A DNA stretch of 62,371 bases, the filler included. It is 3 parts of 3 records of this genome, joined end to end, with 100 filler letters (N's around TTAATTAATTAA, not from the genome) between each part and the next. Parts side by side here need not be neighbours in the genome. Positions count along the whole stretch, not along the records: positions 1 to 26,168 come from SRR20825006_2701; positions 26,269 to 45,738 come from SRR20825006_2702; 1 more part is not named here. The stretch is one strand, 5' to 3'. Under the pieces are notes generated by a model. That model did no database searches. It was not told the origin of the DNA and worked only from the letters and a program-made list of their open reading frames with translations. Below, in pieces: positions 19,806 to 29,295 of this stretch; the first letter of the stretch is position 1; each line of letters begins with the position of its first letter. The position numbers and the translations under genes are program-made.

Positions 19806-19862
19806 GTAACGCCGCACGCCACACGCTGCACGCAACAACACGGGAACGCTCTACAGGCTCCC

Positions 19863-19909
19863 AACGCAAAGAGGCCGCGCTCCCGTTTGGGGCGCGGCCT
19901 CTTTGCGTT
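19863..19909. terminator. Bidirectional terminator between rep and cytochrome c5
   Basis: AACGCAAAGAGGCCGCGC...GCGCGGCCTCTTTGCGTT. Confidence 0.8.
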
Positions 19910-19959
19910 ACAAGACAGAAGAATTAATTCGCGTTGTTGCGTGCAGCGTGCAGCGTCTC

Positions 19960-20325
19960 TTACTTAGCCCCACTTTTCTGCAGCATGTAAATCACGGTGC
20001 TGCGAATTTCGTCGTCGCTGCAATCGAAGCATCCACCGCGAGGAGGCATCGAGTTGATGCCATTGATCGCTTCCTGCACCAGAGTATCGAAACCTTCTTC
20101 TTCGACCTCGTGCGACCAGTAAAGGCGATGCTCCTTGCCGACACCGGGAGCGCCCAGCGCACCGGAACCGTGACAGGTCACACAGTACTGCTTATACAAC
20201 TGCGCCCCGTCACGTGCCGCTGCCTTGTCGGTAGCCGTCGTGTCCGGGGCGCTGTCGTCGGAGCAGGCTGCCAGCACCAGCGCTGACAGCATGATTCCGG
20301 GTAAGGACCAGCGGAGTCTCAACAA
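19960..20325 (-). CDS. Cytochrome c5 family lipoprotein
   Basis: Lipobox LAAC; CVTCH; MPPRGGC..C; TTG start. Confidence 0.88.
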   Translation of the reverse strand: MLRLRWSLPGIMLSALVLAACSDDSAPDTTATDKAAARDGAQLYKQYCVTCHGSGALGAPGVGKEHRLYWSHEVEEEGFDTLVQEAINGINSMPPRGGCFDCSDDEIRSTVIYMLQKSGAK

Positions 20326-20327
20326 GA

Positions 20328-20795
20328 TTATTGACTCTTGCTGACCATGTATTCGATAGCGTCTTTGAGTTCGTCATCAGAGCAATCCATGCACATGCCT
20401 TTCGGGGGCATGGCATTGATGCCATTGATGGCGTTCTTCAGCATGGTGGCTTCGCCTTTGGCGATGTGCGGAGCCCAGGAGGCAGCATCACCCACTTTCG
20501 GAGCGCCGGCAGCGCCAGTGCCATGACAGGCGGCACAGGAGGCGTTGTACACCTTCTCACCGGAACGGGGGCCACTGGCCACTTCTTCGGCCGGGGCGGC
20601 AGCGCTGCCACATTCGTCGCCTTCCACACACACAGAGCCCACCGGCTTGATACGCTCTTCGATGGCGCGATCACTGAATACAGAGCGCTCGCCCAGCGGG
20701 TAAGGGGAGATTTCCTTGGTGCTCTTGGCAGCCACGCTACCGGCGGCAAACAGGGTAGCGACCAGGACCAGGCTGGCAGTCAGCATCTTTTTCAC
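20328..20795 (-). CDS. Cytochrome c5
   Basis: Signal peptide; ERIKPVGSVC; CAACH; MPPKGMCMDC. Confidence 0.93.
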   Translation of the reverse strand: MKKMLTASLVLVATLFAAGSVAAKSTKEISPYPLGERSVFSDRAIEERIKPVGSVCVEGDECGSAAAPAEEVASGPRSGEKVYNASCAACHGTGAAGAPKVGDAASWAPHIAKGEATMLKNAINGINAMPPKGMCMDCSDDELKDAIEYMVSKSQ

Positions 20796-21010
20796 AATTA
20801 CACCTCTAATTCTCTGTGGTTCGCCGCGGGAAGCCCTTAACGGCCTCTTGTGGGCGCTGCGGCTGGCGATTATACCCGCTCCAGCCGTAGGGACAAAACG
20901 CTTGATGTTACGCCGGAGGCTTCACGGCGCATACCGGGCCAGGAATCCGCCATGCCAGAGCATCTGCTAACGGGGGAGACAGCCCCTCGCGCAGCGTTAT
21001 CGTCCCAGTC

Positions 21011-23605
21011 TCAGGCCAGTTCAATACGCGGCAACAGCAGGGTAAAGCGACTGCCTTCGCTGACCACACTGTGCACCCGAACCTCGCCGCCATGACGCTC
21101 GGTAACCACCTTGACGAAACGCAGGCCCATGCCGGCCCCACGGGTGCGGGCACCGCCGCTGGTGCTGGCCCGGCTGAAACGATCGAACAGCCGCTCCTGG
21201 AATTCCGGCGGAATCCCTACCCCCCGGTCACGCACTTCACAGCCCACCTGATTGTCCTGCGCATACAAGGCCACATCAACGGAACTGCCCTCATGGCTGT
21301 ATTTCACCGCATTGGTCAGCAGGTTCACGACCAGGCGTTCCAGCAGCTCATTGTTGCCCAGCACCCAGACCTCCTGGTCCGGGTCGTATTCGAACCGCAG
21401 GGTGATATCACGCTGCTGCGCCTGAATCTGTACCTGATCGATGGCACTTTCGACCACGTCGAGCATGTCCTGCTCGTTCATTTCCACGGATTCCACCGCT
21501 TCCACCCGTGCCAGCTGCAGGAATTGCTCGGCAATGTTCAGGTTGCGCTGGGCATAGTGCTGCACATTGTCGAGGAAAGCCGGCAGACCCTCATGGTCGC
21601 CGCTCTGGCGCATTTTTTCCGTGAGCGCCAGCACCGACACCATGGGCGAGCGCAGGTCGTGGGAGAGGAAATCCAGCATTTCGGAACGGGCCCTCATCGC
21701 CTGCTTCACATCGCTGATGTCCTTGAAGGAAATGATCATCATCCGGCCCGGATTGTCGCCAGCATGCACCAGCAACATATCCAGATACAGATCGGTGCCC
21801 TGACGGTTACGACACTCCACCTGGGTGCGGCCTTCGCCCAGAGTCCGGCACAGCAGGGCATCCCAGCTTTGCTCGCGCAGTTCCAGCTCCCGGTCCAGGT
21901 CTGTGACCATGGGCTGCCCGGCATCCAGGGCTCCCATTTCCAGGCCCAACAGGAAGGCCGCCTGGGGGTTGGCGTAAACAATCACCCCACAGGCATCGGC
22001 TATCACCACCCCTTCGCGAATCTGTGCCAGGGTGACCTGAAAGAAGCGGGTCAGGGCTTCCTGGCGCTCTTCCTCCCGGCGCAACCGTTCGATGTGCTTT
22101 TCCAGTACTTCATAGCGCGGCCCCACATTGGGCGCCCGGGTACGGATACGGACCAGCATGGCGCGCACCCAGTAATCGTAGGTATCCGCGTGCAGCGCCT
22201 GGTCCCAGACCAGATCCAGCTCATAGCGACGGCCTTCGTGACGGAACCGGTACTGGCGCGCCAGCGCGCCCTTCCAGGTTGCCGCCGGCAGGCTGTCGCC
22301 GCCCCGCAAGGGTTTCTCGCCGCCCAGCAGGCGCCAGGAACGCACCGGCAACACCTGCTCCAGCATGCGCCCCATCTGCTCCAGCGTGGACGGCTGCGTC
22401 AAGCGCTGGTTCAGGTCACTGTATTCCGACAACCGTTCCAGGGCATTACGCATATAGGACAGGGAGTATTCCAGCCGCCGCCAGGTCCACAATGGATAAG
22501 CCATGATCGCCGAGGCCATGGCCGCAGACGGCGGGAACCACAACCGCAGGGAAATCAGCGTGGCCATGCTCACCAGCATGCACAGCAACAGCACGGCAAA
22601 CACCAACGGCATACTCCAGCGCGGCAACACATAGGGCAGCAGCAATGGCGCCAGCAACGCCAGCACCACTCCCAACACCAGTGCGCTGGGCATGGGCAGG
22701 TCGCGCACCAGCCGGTCCGAGCGCAGGGCATCCAGCAGGTTGGCATTGATTTCCACCCCGGCCATCAGCTCGCCCTTGCTTGCCATGGGAGTCGGCAGCA
22801 TGTCGCCCAGGCCGGCGGCGGTGGCACCAATCAGCACAATCTTGTCGCGGATCAGTTGCTCGGGAATCAGGTTTTCCAGCAGCTCCACCGCCGACACCTG
22901 AGGGTAACTGTTGGGGCCACTGACAAAGGGAATATAGCGATGATAGCGCCGCACATTGGCCAGCCCGGAGAACTCTTCGCCCTTGTCCGCCGGGAAGACC
23001 TGTTCGGACAGAATGCCTTCCTGCACCAGCAATGTCTGGGTGATATGGGGCCACCAGGCCTGGCCAATCCCCGAGCGCATATAGACCGAGCGGGCCACGC
23101 CATCGGTATCCAGCTCCAGGTCCACATGCCCCAGCCCGGCCGCGGCGCGGGCAAACGGCGAATAGGGCAGCACTTCGATTAACTGCCCGCCGGCGCGCAA
23201 TTGCTCCACATGTACCGGCAGGTAGACATGTCCGTTAGCCGCCATGGCCTGTACCAGGGCCAGGTCGGAATCCGGGTTATTGCGGTCCGGTTCGGAAAGA
23301 ATCAGGTCCATGAGCACCGCACGGGCGCCCATGTCGGTCAACCGGTCAATCAACTGAGCGTGGACTTTGCGATCCCAGGGCCAGCGGCCAATTTCACGCA
23401 GGCTGTATTCATCGATACCGACGATCACCACATCCTGGGATGGATCATCCGGGAGCGTTTGCAGCAGGTTGTCGTAGATATAGCGGTCAACAAAGGAGAG
23501 CGCACCGCTGATTGTCAGCAGTGCACACAGCCCCACCACCAGGCATAGCACCGATACATGCTCTGCCAGATAACGACGCTGATCCGGGCTCAGACGATTG
23601 CGCAT
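21011..23605 (-). CDS. CHASE2-domain sensor histidine kinase (CHASE2-3TM-PAS-HisKA-HATPase)
   Basis: IDEYSL..IGRWPW, DGVAR, GVEINAN; SHDLRSP; NLLTNAVKY; DRGVGI; GMGL. Confidence 0.93.
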   Translation of the reverse strand: MRNRLSPDQRRYLAEHVSVLCLVVGLCALLTISGALSFVDRYIYDNLLQTLPDDPSQDVVIVGIDEYSLREIGRWPWDRKVHAQLIDRLTDMGARAVLMDLILSEPDRNNPDSDLALVQAMAANGHVYLPVHVEQLRAGGQLIEVLPYSPFARAAAGLGHVDLELDTDGVARSVYMRSGIGQAWWPHITQTLLVQEGILSEQVFPADKGEEFSGLANVRRYHRYIPFVSGPNSYPQVSAVELLENLIPEQLIRDKIVLIGATAAGLGDMLPTPMASKGELMAGVEINANLLDALRSDRLVRDLPMPSALVLGVVLALLAPLLLPYVLPRWSMPLVFAVLLLCMLVSMATLISLRLWFPPSAAMASAIMAYPLWTWRRLEYSLSYMRNALERLSEYSDLNQRLTQPSTLEQMGRMLEQVLPVRSWRLLGGEKPLRGGDSLPAATWKGALARQYRFRHEGRRYELDLVWDQALHADTYDYWVRAMLVRIRTRAPNVGPRYEVLEKHIERLRREEERQEALTRFFQVTLAQIREGVVIADACGVIVYANPQAAFLLGLEMGALDAGQPMVTDLDRELELREQSWDALLCRTLGEGRTQVECRNRQGTDLYLDMLLVHAGDNPGRMMIISFKDISDVKQAMRARSEMLDFLSHDLRSPMVSVLALTEKMRQSGDHEGLPAFLDNVQHYAQRNLNIAEQFLQLARVEAVESVEMNEQDMLDVVESAIDQVQIQAQQRDITLRFEYDPDQEVWVLGNNELLERLVVNLLTNAVKYSHEGSSVDVALYAQDNQVGCEVRDRGVGIPPEFQERLFDRFSRASTSGGARTRGAGMGLRFVKVVTERHGGEVRVHSVVSEGSRFTLLLPRIELA

Positions 23606-23608
23606 GAT

Positions 23609-24703
23609 TTATAGTGCCAGCAGCAAAGCCGCCGCGCCGACGAAGGCCCACAGATCCCAATGCGACTCTTTTTCCGGCTCGGGCTCAGGGGGTGGCGGCG
23701 GTGCCGGGGTTACACTAAATACGTGCCAGCTTTCCTGGCCCCGCAGGCCGTTTTCATCTATCGCCCGCACCAGCAGACGGTAATCCCCGGTGGGCAGATC
23801 TTTTTGCCAATGGCCAGTAGACAGGTGGGCCTGGGTCAATAACCGACCTGCTGGCTGACTATAGAGCTCCAGCAGATAAGCACTGGCCTTGGCCTGGGTC
23901 GGCCATACCGCCACCACATCGGTGTGCGAGGCACTCACCTCCATGGCCGGCGCCGGCAGCAGCTCCACCGGTTCGATTGGCGCTTCATCCAGACGGGCCA
24001 GGGTAGCGTAGCCGCCTTCGATCTGGCGATCGGTGCCGCGCGCGCCCACATCCACACGCCCGTCGATCACTTCGTTACGCGTGGTCTCGGCACCATCCAC
24101 ACTCAGGTAATATTCCGTGCCACGCACCGCCGCCACGGCGCCGGGCGTATAGACTTCAAAAGACGCTTCATCGCTTTGCCGGGGAGTGACGCTGTTACGA
24201 ATATTACCGCGCTGCAAACGCAGCTCGGTGCGTTCATTCTGCTTATCCAGAAAGCGACGATAACGGCTCACCACCAGCAGGCTGGCTGGCTTGATGTAGA
24301 CTTCAGACTGATCGGCAAAGCGCAGGCGGGCACTGCTTTTCGCGGCCGTTTCCAGGGCATCACCAAATGCCACCGCATCACCGTTTTGCAGCTGACGGGG
24401 CTCCCCGCCCCTGGCCGGGTACAACATGACTTCACCGGTAACCGCATCCACGGTGGCGGGAATGGGCTTTTCTTTCAGCCAGCTGATCGGCACCCGCAAG
24501 GCATTACCGGGGCGCAGGGAATGGGGGTTGTCCAGCCCGTTATAGCGAGCCAGCTCTCCCCAGCAGGTTTGCGGAGACTGGGCAAACTGTTGACAGACTT
24601 TCCATAGAGAATCGCCAGGACGCAAGGTGTAATGCCAATCATCCCCGGCCCAGGCCGTTGATAGCAGGCACAGCAGCATGGCTGTGCTCAACCAGACCCT
24701 CAT
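23609..24703 (-). CDS. LysM + FecR domain exported protein with FN3-like C-domain and membrane anchor
   Basis: YTLRPGDSLW LysM; TPGAVAAVRGTEY FecR motif; VRAIDENGLRG; Pro-rich linker then hydrophobic tail. Confidence 0.85.
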   Translation of the reverse strand: MRVWLSTAMLLCLLSTAWAGDDWHYTLRPGDSLWKVCQQFAQSPQTCWGELARYNGLDNPHSLRPGNALRVPISWLKEKPIPATVDAVTGEVMLYPARGGEPRQLQNGDAVAFGDALETAAKSSARLRFADQSEVYIKPASLLVVSRYRRFLDKQNERTELRLQRGNIRNSVTPRQSDEASFEVYTPGAVAAVRGTEYYLSVDGAETTRNEVIDGRVDVGARGTDRQIEGGYATLARLDEAPIEPVELLPAPAMEVSASHTDVVAVWPTQAKASAYLLELYSQPAGRLLTQAHLSTGHWQKDLPTGDYRLLVRAIDENGLRGQESWHVFSVTPAPPPPPEPEPEKESHWDLWAFVGAAALLLAL

Positions 24704-24713
24704 AGATGTGTCC

Positions 24714-25403
24714 TTATTCTTCAATCGGCTCCAGACGATACCCGTGCTGGTACACCGTTTTAATTCGATAGCCACGTTCAGGGCGAATATGCAGGCTACG
24801 TCGAATCCGACTGATATGCACGTCAACGGTGCGCGATTCGATCGGGGTCATGATACCCCAAACTTTCTCCAACAGGTGCGCACGGCTCATCAGCTTGCCT
24901 ACATTCTGGAACAGATAGCAGGCCAGTTCGTAATCCTTGTCCGTCAATTTGATTGCGTCTTCATCCAACAGGATCTGACGACGGGACCGGTCCACGGTCC
25001 AGGGCCCCACACTCAGGGCGGTCTCTTCATCCATTTCCGATACCCCTGCCCGGCGCCCGAGAGCGCTGATACGGGCCAGCAATTCCGCTTGCTTGGTCGG
25101 TTTCACCATGTAGTCATCCGCCCCCTGGGAGAGCGCGCCAACGATCGATGATTCATCATCACGCTGCGTCGCAAACAACACCGGGGTGCGATTACCACTG
25201 GCACGTACTTCTTCCAGCACGGCGTAGCCATTCATGTCCGGCACTTCCCAATCGAGCACCAGAATGTCGAAAGTATCGCGCCGTAACAGGGACATGAATT
25301 CACGGCCACTGGCCATGTGGATACAGTTATGGCCAGCCTCTTTAAGCCAGTGAGTGACCAGCTCTGCCTGAGCCATGTCATCTTCGAGATAAGCAATGCG
25401 CAC
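24714..25403 (-). CDS. OmpR-family response regulator
   Basis: LEDD, LDWEVP, GADDYMVKP; SRTVDVHISRIR, TVYQHGYRL; GTG start. Confidence 0.94.
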   Translation of the reverse strand: MRIAYLEDDMAQAELVTHWLKEAGHNCIHMASGREFMSLLRRDTFDILVLDWEVPDMNGYAVLEEVRASGNRTPVLFATQRDDESSIVGALSQGADDYMVKPTKQAELLARISALGRRAGVSEMDEETALSVGPWTVDRSRRQILLDEDAIKLTDKDYELACYLFQNVGKLMSRAHLLEKVWGIMTPIESRTVDVHISRIRRSLHIRPERGYRIKTVYQHGYRLEPIEE

Positions 25404-25565
25404 GATTAAACTCCATCTGTTGCAGGCCGACATCTGCCCGCAAAGGGTACCGATCTACCAACGGATTAGCGGGAAAAGATTGTAAAATGCCGAAACGACC
25501 GATTCGACACCAAAACGGTGGCCCCGTCCAATCCTTCCGGGTTTGTGGCCCTGCTGGCAAGACGC

Positions 25566-25895
25566 TCAGGCTGGAGCGCTGGTCAGTTTCAGACCGATCA
25601 CGCCCACCACAATCAGCGCCATAAAGGCCAGCCGCGACGCATTGGCCGGATCCTTGAAGAAGACAATCCCGAGCAAGGTAATCCCTACTGCGCCAAGCCC
25701 GGTCCAGATCGCATACGCGGTGCCCACGGGGATACCGCGCATGGCATAAGACAGCATCAGCATGTTCAAACCGGTGAGCACCAGTGAGGAGCCGATAGAC
25801 AGCACCCCGGGGTTAATCTGGATCCACTTGAGGCTCATGGCCCAGGCGATTTCCACGATAACGGCCAGTAGCAACACCACCCAATACAGATTCAT
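25566..25895 (-). CDS. sugE: SMR-family exporter, SugE/Gdx-like
   Basis: EIAWAMSLK, IPVGTAYAIWTGLGAVG, GVIGLKL; four TM segments. Confidence 0.8.
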   Translation of the reverse strand: MNLYWVVLLLAVIVEIAWAMSLKWIQINPGVLSIGSSLVLTGLNMLMLSYAMRGIPVGTAYAIWTGLGAVGITLLGIVFFKDPANASRLAFMALIVVGVIGLKLTSAPA

Positions 25896-26030
25896 CCTGC
25901 TTTCTCCAACACACTTGCCCACCACGGTACAATTTACCGAAAGCAGGCACGGGCTCGTCAGGAAAACAGTACTGTCGGAAACCCGCAAAGAGACAGTCTG
26001 CTTATACAGATACCGGGAGAGGGTCCCGGC
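25896..26030 (-). ncRNA. Structured 5' leader of the sugE-like gene; candidate cis-regulatory RNA
   Basis: TATAAT at 26037-26042 followed by several hairpins and a 9-bp stem covering the RBS region. Confidence 0.5.
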
Positions 26031-26072
26031 GCGCCGATTATAGCGATCCCGCCACAGGATGCACCCAATCCA

Positions 26073-26101
26073 TGGACGAGGCCGCCGCAACCCGCTATCA
26101 T
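26073..26101 (+). promoter_or_regulatory. sigma70 promoter of the tRNA
   Basis: TGGACG-N17-TATCAT followed by GC-rich discriminator CGCGCCC. Confidence 0.6.
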
Positions 26102-26135
26102 TCGCGCCCGTTGAACCCCAAGTTCTTCAAGTTTT

Positions 26136-26168
26136 GCGCCCGTAGCTCAGCTGGATAGAGCGTTGCCC
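26136..26168 (+). tRNA. tRNA-Arg, probably CCG anticodon; 5' half only, cut by contig end
   Basis: GCGCCCGTAGCTCAGCTGGATAGAGCGTTGCCC closely matches the 5' half of argX-type tRNA-Arg; anticodon itself not present. Confidence 0.85.
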
Positions 26169-26268
26169 NNNNNNNNNNNNNNNNNNNNNNNNNNNNNNNN
26201 NNNNNNNNNNNNTTAATTAATTAANNNNNNNNNNNNNNNNNNNNNNNNNNNNNNNNNNNNNNNNNNNN
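26169..26268. other. Artificial contig linker
   Basis: N-run, TTAATTAATTAA (stops in six frames), N-run; gene content changes taxon across it. Confidence 0.98.
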
Positions 26269-26330
26269 TCAAGAAGTATGACCCGGTCGTGCGCAAGCAT
26301 GTGCTTTTCAAGGAATCCAAGATCAAATAA
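26269..26330 (+). CDS. rpmG: 50S ribosomal protein L33, C-terminal fragment
   Basis: Translates KKYDPVVRKHVLFKESKIK-stop; rpmG next to pleD is typical alphaproteobacterial synteny. Confidence 0.93.
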
Positions 26331-26352
26331 GCATCATTGCTTATGATTTCTT

Positions 26353-26379
26353 GAACGGGTCGCCTTGGCGGCCCGTTTT
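26353..26379 (+). terminator. Intrinsic terminator after rpmG
   Basis: GAACGGGTCGCC-tt-GGCGGCCCGTTTT. Confidence 0.75.
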
Positions 26380-26412
26380 GCATTTCAGGGATACAAATCA
26401 GAGAATGCGGCG

Positions 26413-27798
26413 TTAACCGTCTTCCGGAATATCGGAGACGACTCGGTTGCGCCCTGTATTCTTCGCGCCATAAAGCGCTTTGTCCGCGCGCTTCATCAGG
26501 TCCTCGACAGACTTGTCCTCGCCCGTGCGCATGGTCAGGCCAATACTGATATTGACAGTGACAGGCTCGTCAACCCCATCGCAGGAGACATGGGTATCCG
26601 CGACGCGGCGGCGCAGCCGTTCGGCCACGGCTTCGGCGAATTCCTCCGAAGTATCCGGCATCACGACAACGAATTCCTCACCGCCGATCCGCGCGATCAT
26701 ATCAACGGATCTCAGACTGTTGGTCAAAGCTTCCGCGACGGCCTGCAACACCTTGTCGCCGACGAGATGCCCGTGCGTGTCGTTAACGATCTTGAAGTGA
26801 TCGATATCGAGCATCAGGAGCGCCAGTGGCTTGCGGCGCTCCACCGCGTTGTCCATCAACCCCTTCAGATAGGTCTCCAGATAACGCCGGTTATAGAGCC
26901 CCGTGAGGCTGTCTATGAGCGCCATGGACAAGGAGCGCTCATAACTGTCGCGCAGCCGGTCCTGGAAGCGCCGCCGGCGGATCTGCGTGCGGGTGCGTGC
27001 CGCCAGCTCGTTCTTGTCCAGCGGCTTCATGATGTAATCGTTCGCGCCCAGATCAAGCGCCTTCGCAAGCTTGTCGATCTGGTCGATTTCGCCGGTCATC
27101 AGTATGGGGATCTGTCGTGTTCGCTCCGTTGACCGAAACTGGGAGACCAGCCGCAGTGCGTCTTCATCCTCAAGATTAAGACTGCAGACGATTAGCTCGA
27201 TATCCTCTTTTGCCGCAATTTCTCGCGCCTGCACGGCTCCCGGGCAAGTAAAGACGATATTGTCGTCCCGGTTCAGAATGTTCTGCGTGTTCGTTGCGTC
27301 GATCGGATTGTCTTCGATCAGAAGAACGCGGCCGGCCCGGTAATCCATGGCCAGGCCGTTCATTCCGGTTTCGAGGACACCGAAGTGAGCTGAGGTCTGC
27401 TCTCTCAGCAGCCATTCGTCGACCATGACCTTCAGCCGCAGCAGGGACCGAACCCGCGCGAACAAAGCGGTATCGTCAACCGGCTTGGTCAGAAAATCGT
27501 CCGCCCCCGCTTCAAGACCGCGAACCCTGTCTGATGGATCACTGAGCGCGGTGACCATGATCACCGGTAGATGTGCGGTCGCCGGGTTGGCCCGGATCCT
27601 CTTGCAGACCTCGAAGCCGTCGATGCCCGGCATCATCACATCAAGCAACACGATATCGGGCGTGTCCGACTGAATGATTTCCAGGGCGTCGGGACCATTC
27701 GTAGCCGTTCGAACATCAAAATACTCGCTCATCAGCTTGGCTTCGAGCAGCTTGATATTCGGCAGGACGTCGTCAACGACGAGTACACGTCCGGGCAT
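26413..27798 (-). CDS. pleD: PleD diguanylate cyclase response regulator
   Basis: REC (LLDVMMP), pseudo-REC, RSVD I-site, GGEEF; follows divK. Confidence 0.96.
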   Translation of the reverse strand: MPGRVLVVDDVLPNIKLLEAKLMSEYFDVRTATNGPDALEIIQSDTPDIVLLDVMMPGIDGFEVCKRIRANPATAHLPVIMVTALSDPSDRVRGLEAGADDFLTKPVDDTALFARVRSLLRLKVMVDEWLLREQTSAHFGVLETGMNGLAMDYRAGRVLLIEDNPIDATNTQNILNRDDNIVFTCPGAVQAREIAAKEDIELIVCSLNLEDEDALRLVSQFRSTERTRQIPILMTGEIDQIDKLAKALDLGANDYIMKPLDKNELAARTRTQIRRRRFQDRLRDSYERSLSMALIDSLTGLYNRRYLETYLKGLMDNAVERRKPLALLMLDIDHFKIVNDTHGHLVGDKVLQAVAEALTNSLRSVDMIARIGGEEFVVVMPDTSEEFAEAVAERLRRRVADTHVSCDGVDEPVTVNISIGLTMRTGEDKSVEDLMKRADKALYGAKNTGRNRVVSDIPEDG

Positions 27799-27804
27799 GG
27801 CAGT

Positions 27805-28200
27805 CTATCCGAGGAATTTCTGAACGGTCTCCAGGAAATGACTCACGGAAATGGGTTTGGCAATATACGCCTCACAGCCGCCTTCCCTGATCTTTTCCTC
27901 GTCACCCTTCATGGCAAAAGCCGTAACGGCGATGACGGGGATGGAGTTCAGATCGTCGTCTTCCTTGATCCATTTCGTGACTTCCAGCCCCGAGACCTCG
28001 GGCAGCTGGATATCCATCAGGATCAGATCCGGACGTTTCTCCCGCGCGATTTTCAATGCTTCCATGCCATCGCGCGTACCGAGAATATTGTATCCGTGCG
28101 CCTCCAGCAGATCGTGGAACAGCTTCATGTTGAGCTCGTTATCCTCAACGATGAGTACTGTTTTTTCGACCGACGTTTCTGTCGTCACTACGTCCTCCAT
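27805..28200 (-). CDS. divK: Single-domain response regulator DivK
   Basis: [54 protein letters not shown]. Confidence 0.97.
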   Translation of the reverse strand: MEDVVTTETSVEKTVLIVEDNELNMKLFHDLLEAHGYNILGTRDGMEALKIAREKRPDLILMDIQLPEVSGLEVTKWIKEDDDLNSIPVIAVTAFAMKGDEEKIREGGCEAYIAKPISVSHFLETVQKFLG

Positions 28201-28335
28201 CCGACCCGCTGGTTCGGGCTCATCGCCCGGTACCCTCTATGCCACAAAGGCAGGGTAAAAAATAATATCTTACAAATGAATAAACAGTCTAAACCCTTCC
28301 AGTGCAAGACACCAATGAACTAAGCGGGGCTGGGG

Positions 28336-29262
28336 ATGAGGCAGTCGGGGCCATCCGGTTTCAGGATCGGGATTGATCTCGGGGGGACGAAGACCGAAAC
28401 GGTCGCGCTCAGCCCCTCCGGTGAGGTCGTCGCGCAGGAAAGAGTCCCGACGATCAAGGGCGATTACACGGCCACGATCTCGACCATTTCCGGCCTGGTA
28501 AATCGTACAGAAGCCCTTATCGGCCAGACCTGCACTGTCGGAATCGGCATGCCTGGCGCCGCCTCGCGGGATACCGGGCTTGTGAAAAACGCCAACTCGA
28601 CCTGGCTGATCGGCAAGCCGCTTCAAAAAGATCTAGAAGACGCCTTGAGCCGTCCCGTCCGGCTGCAGAATGACGCAAACTGCTTCGCCGTATCCGAGGC
28701 TATCGATGGCGCGGGCAAGGGAGCCGATATCGTCTTCGGGGTCATCCTCGGCACCGGCGTCGGCGCGGGAATAGCCATCCGCGGCACGTGCCTTGAGGGC
28801 CGCAATGCCATCGCCGGTGAATGGGGACATAACCCGTTGCCCGCACCGATGGACGATGAACGTCCGGGCCCCCTCTGCTATTGCGGACGGCATGGTTGTA
28901 TCGAGACATTTCTCTCCGGCCCGGCATTCGAACGCCAATATACCGAAGCCGGTGGAGATGAACTCACCGCACGCGACATAGAAGCCCTGGCAGCAGCCGG
29001 GGACCCGCGTGCGGATGCCGCTCTCGGAAAATATGAAGAACGGCTCGCGCGGGCCCTCGCCCATGTCGTCAATATTCTGGACCCCGACGTCATTGTCCTT
29101 GGCGGGGGACTGTCCAATATCCGCAGGCTCTACGACACGGTCCCGAGGCTATGGGAGCCGCATGTATTTTCGGATAGTGTGAAAACCAGATTAAGCCCTC
29201 CCCTGCATGGCGATTCGAGTGGCGTCAGGGGAGCGGCGTGGCTTTGGCCGCCATCGCTTTAG
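28336..29262 (+). CDS. ROK-family sugar kinase (Mak/fructokinase-like)
   Basis: GIDLGGTK, NDANCFA, GEWGH, CYCGRHGCIE, GDSSGVRGAA. Confidence 0.92.
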   Translation: MRQSGPSGFRIGIDLGGTKTETVALSPSGEVVAQERVPTIKGDYTATISTISGLVNRTEALIGQTCTVGIGMPGAASRDTGLVKNANSTWLIGKPLQKDLEDALSRPVRLQNDANCFAVSEAIDGAGKGADIVFGVILGTGVGAGIAIRGTCLEGRNAIAGEWGHNPLPAPMDDERPGPLCYCGRHGCIETFLSGPAFERQYTEAGGDELTARDIEALAAAGDPRADAALGKYEERLARALAHVVNILDPDVIVLGGGLSNIRRLYDTVPRLWEPHVFSDSVKTRLSPPLHGDSSGVRGAAWLWPPSL

Positions 29263-29295
29263 AGAATGGCCGGCCGCGATGGCCGCAACGGGGCA

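Noticed and set aside
25910-25965. Hammerhead-like CUGACGA core in the sugE leader
   Set aside because: The GAAA after stem II is missing (reads AAG) and no stem III with a cleavage triplet can be built
26074-26090. GGACGAGG resembling the start of a guanidine-III riboswitch
   Set aside because: Wrong strand for sugE, overlaps the tRNA -35 element, and lacks the downstream consensus
26213-26224. TTAATTAATTAA palindrome, repeated at 45783-45794
   Set aside because: Synthetic spacer inside N-runs, not biological
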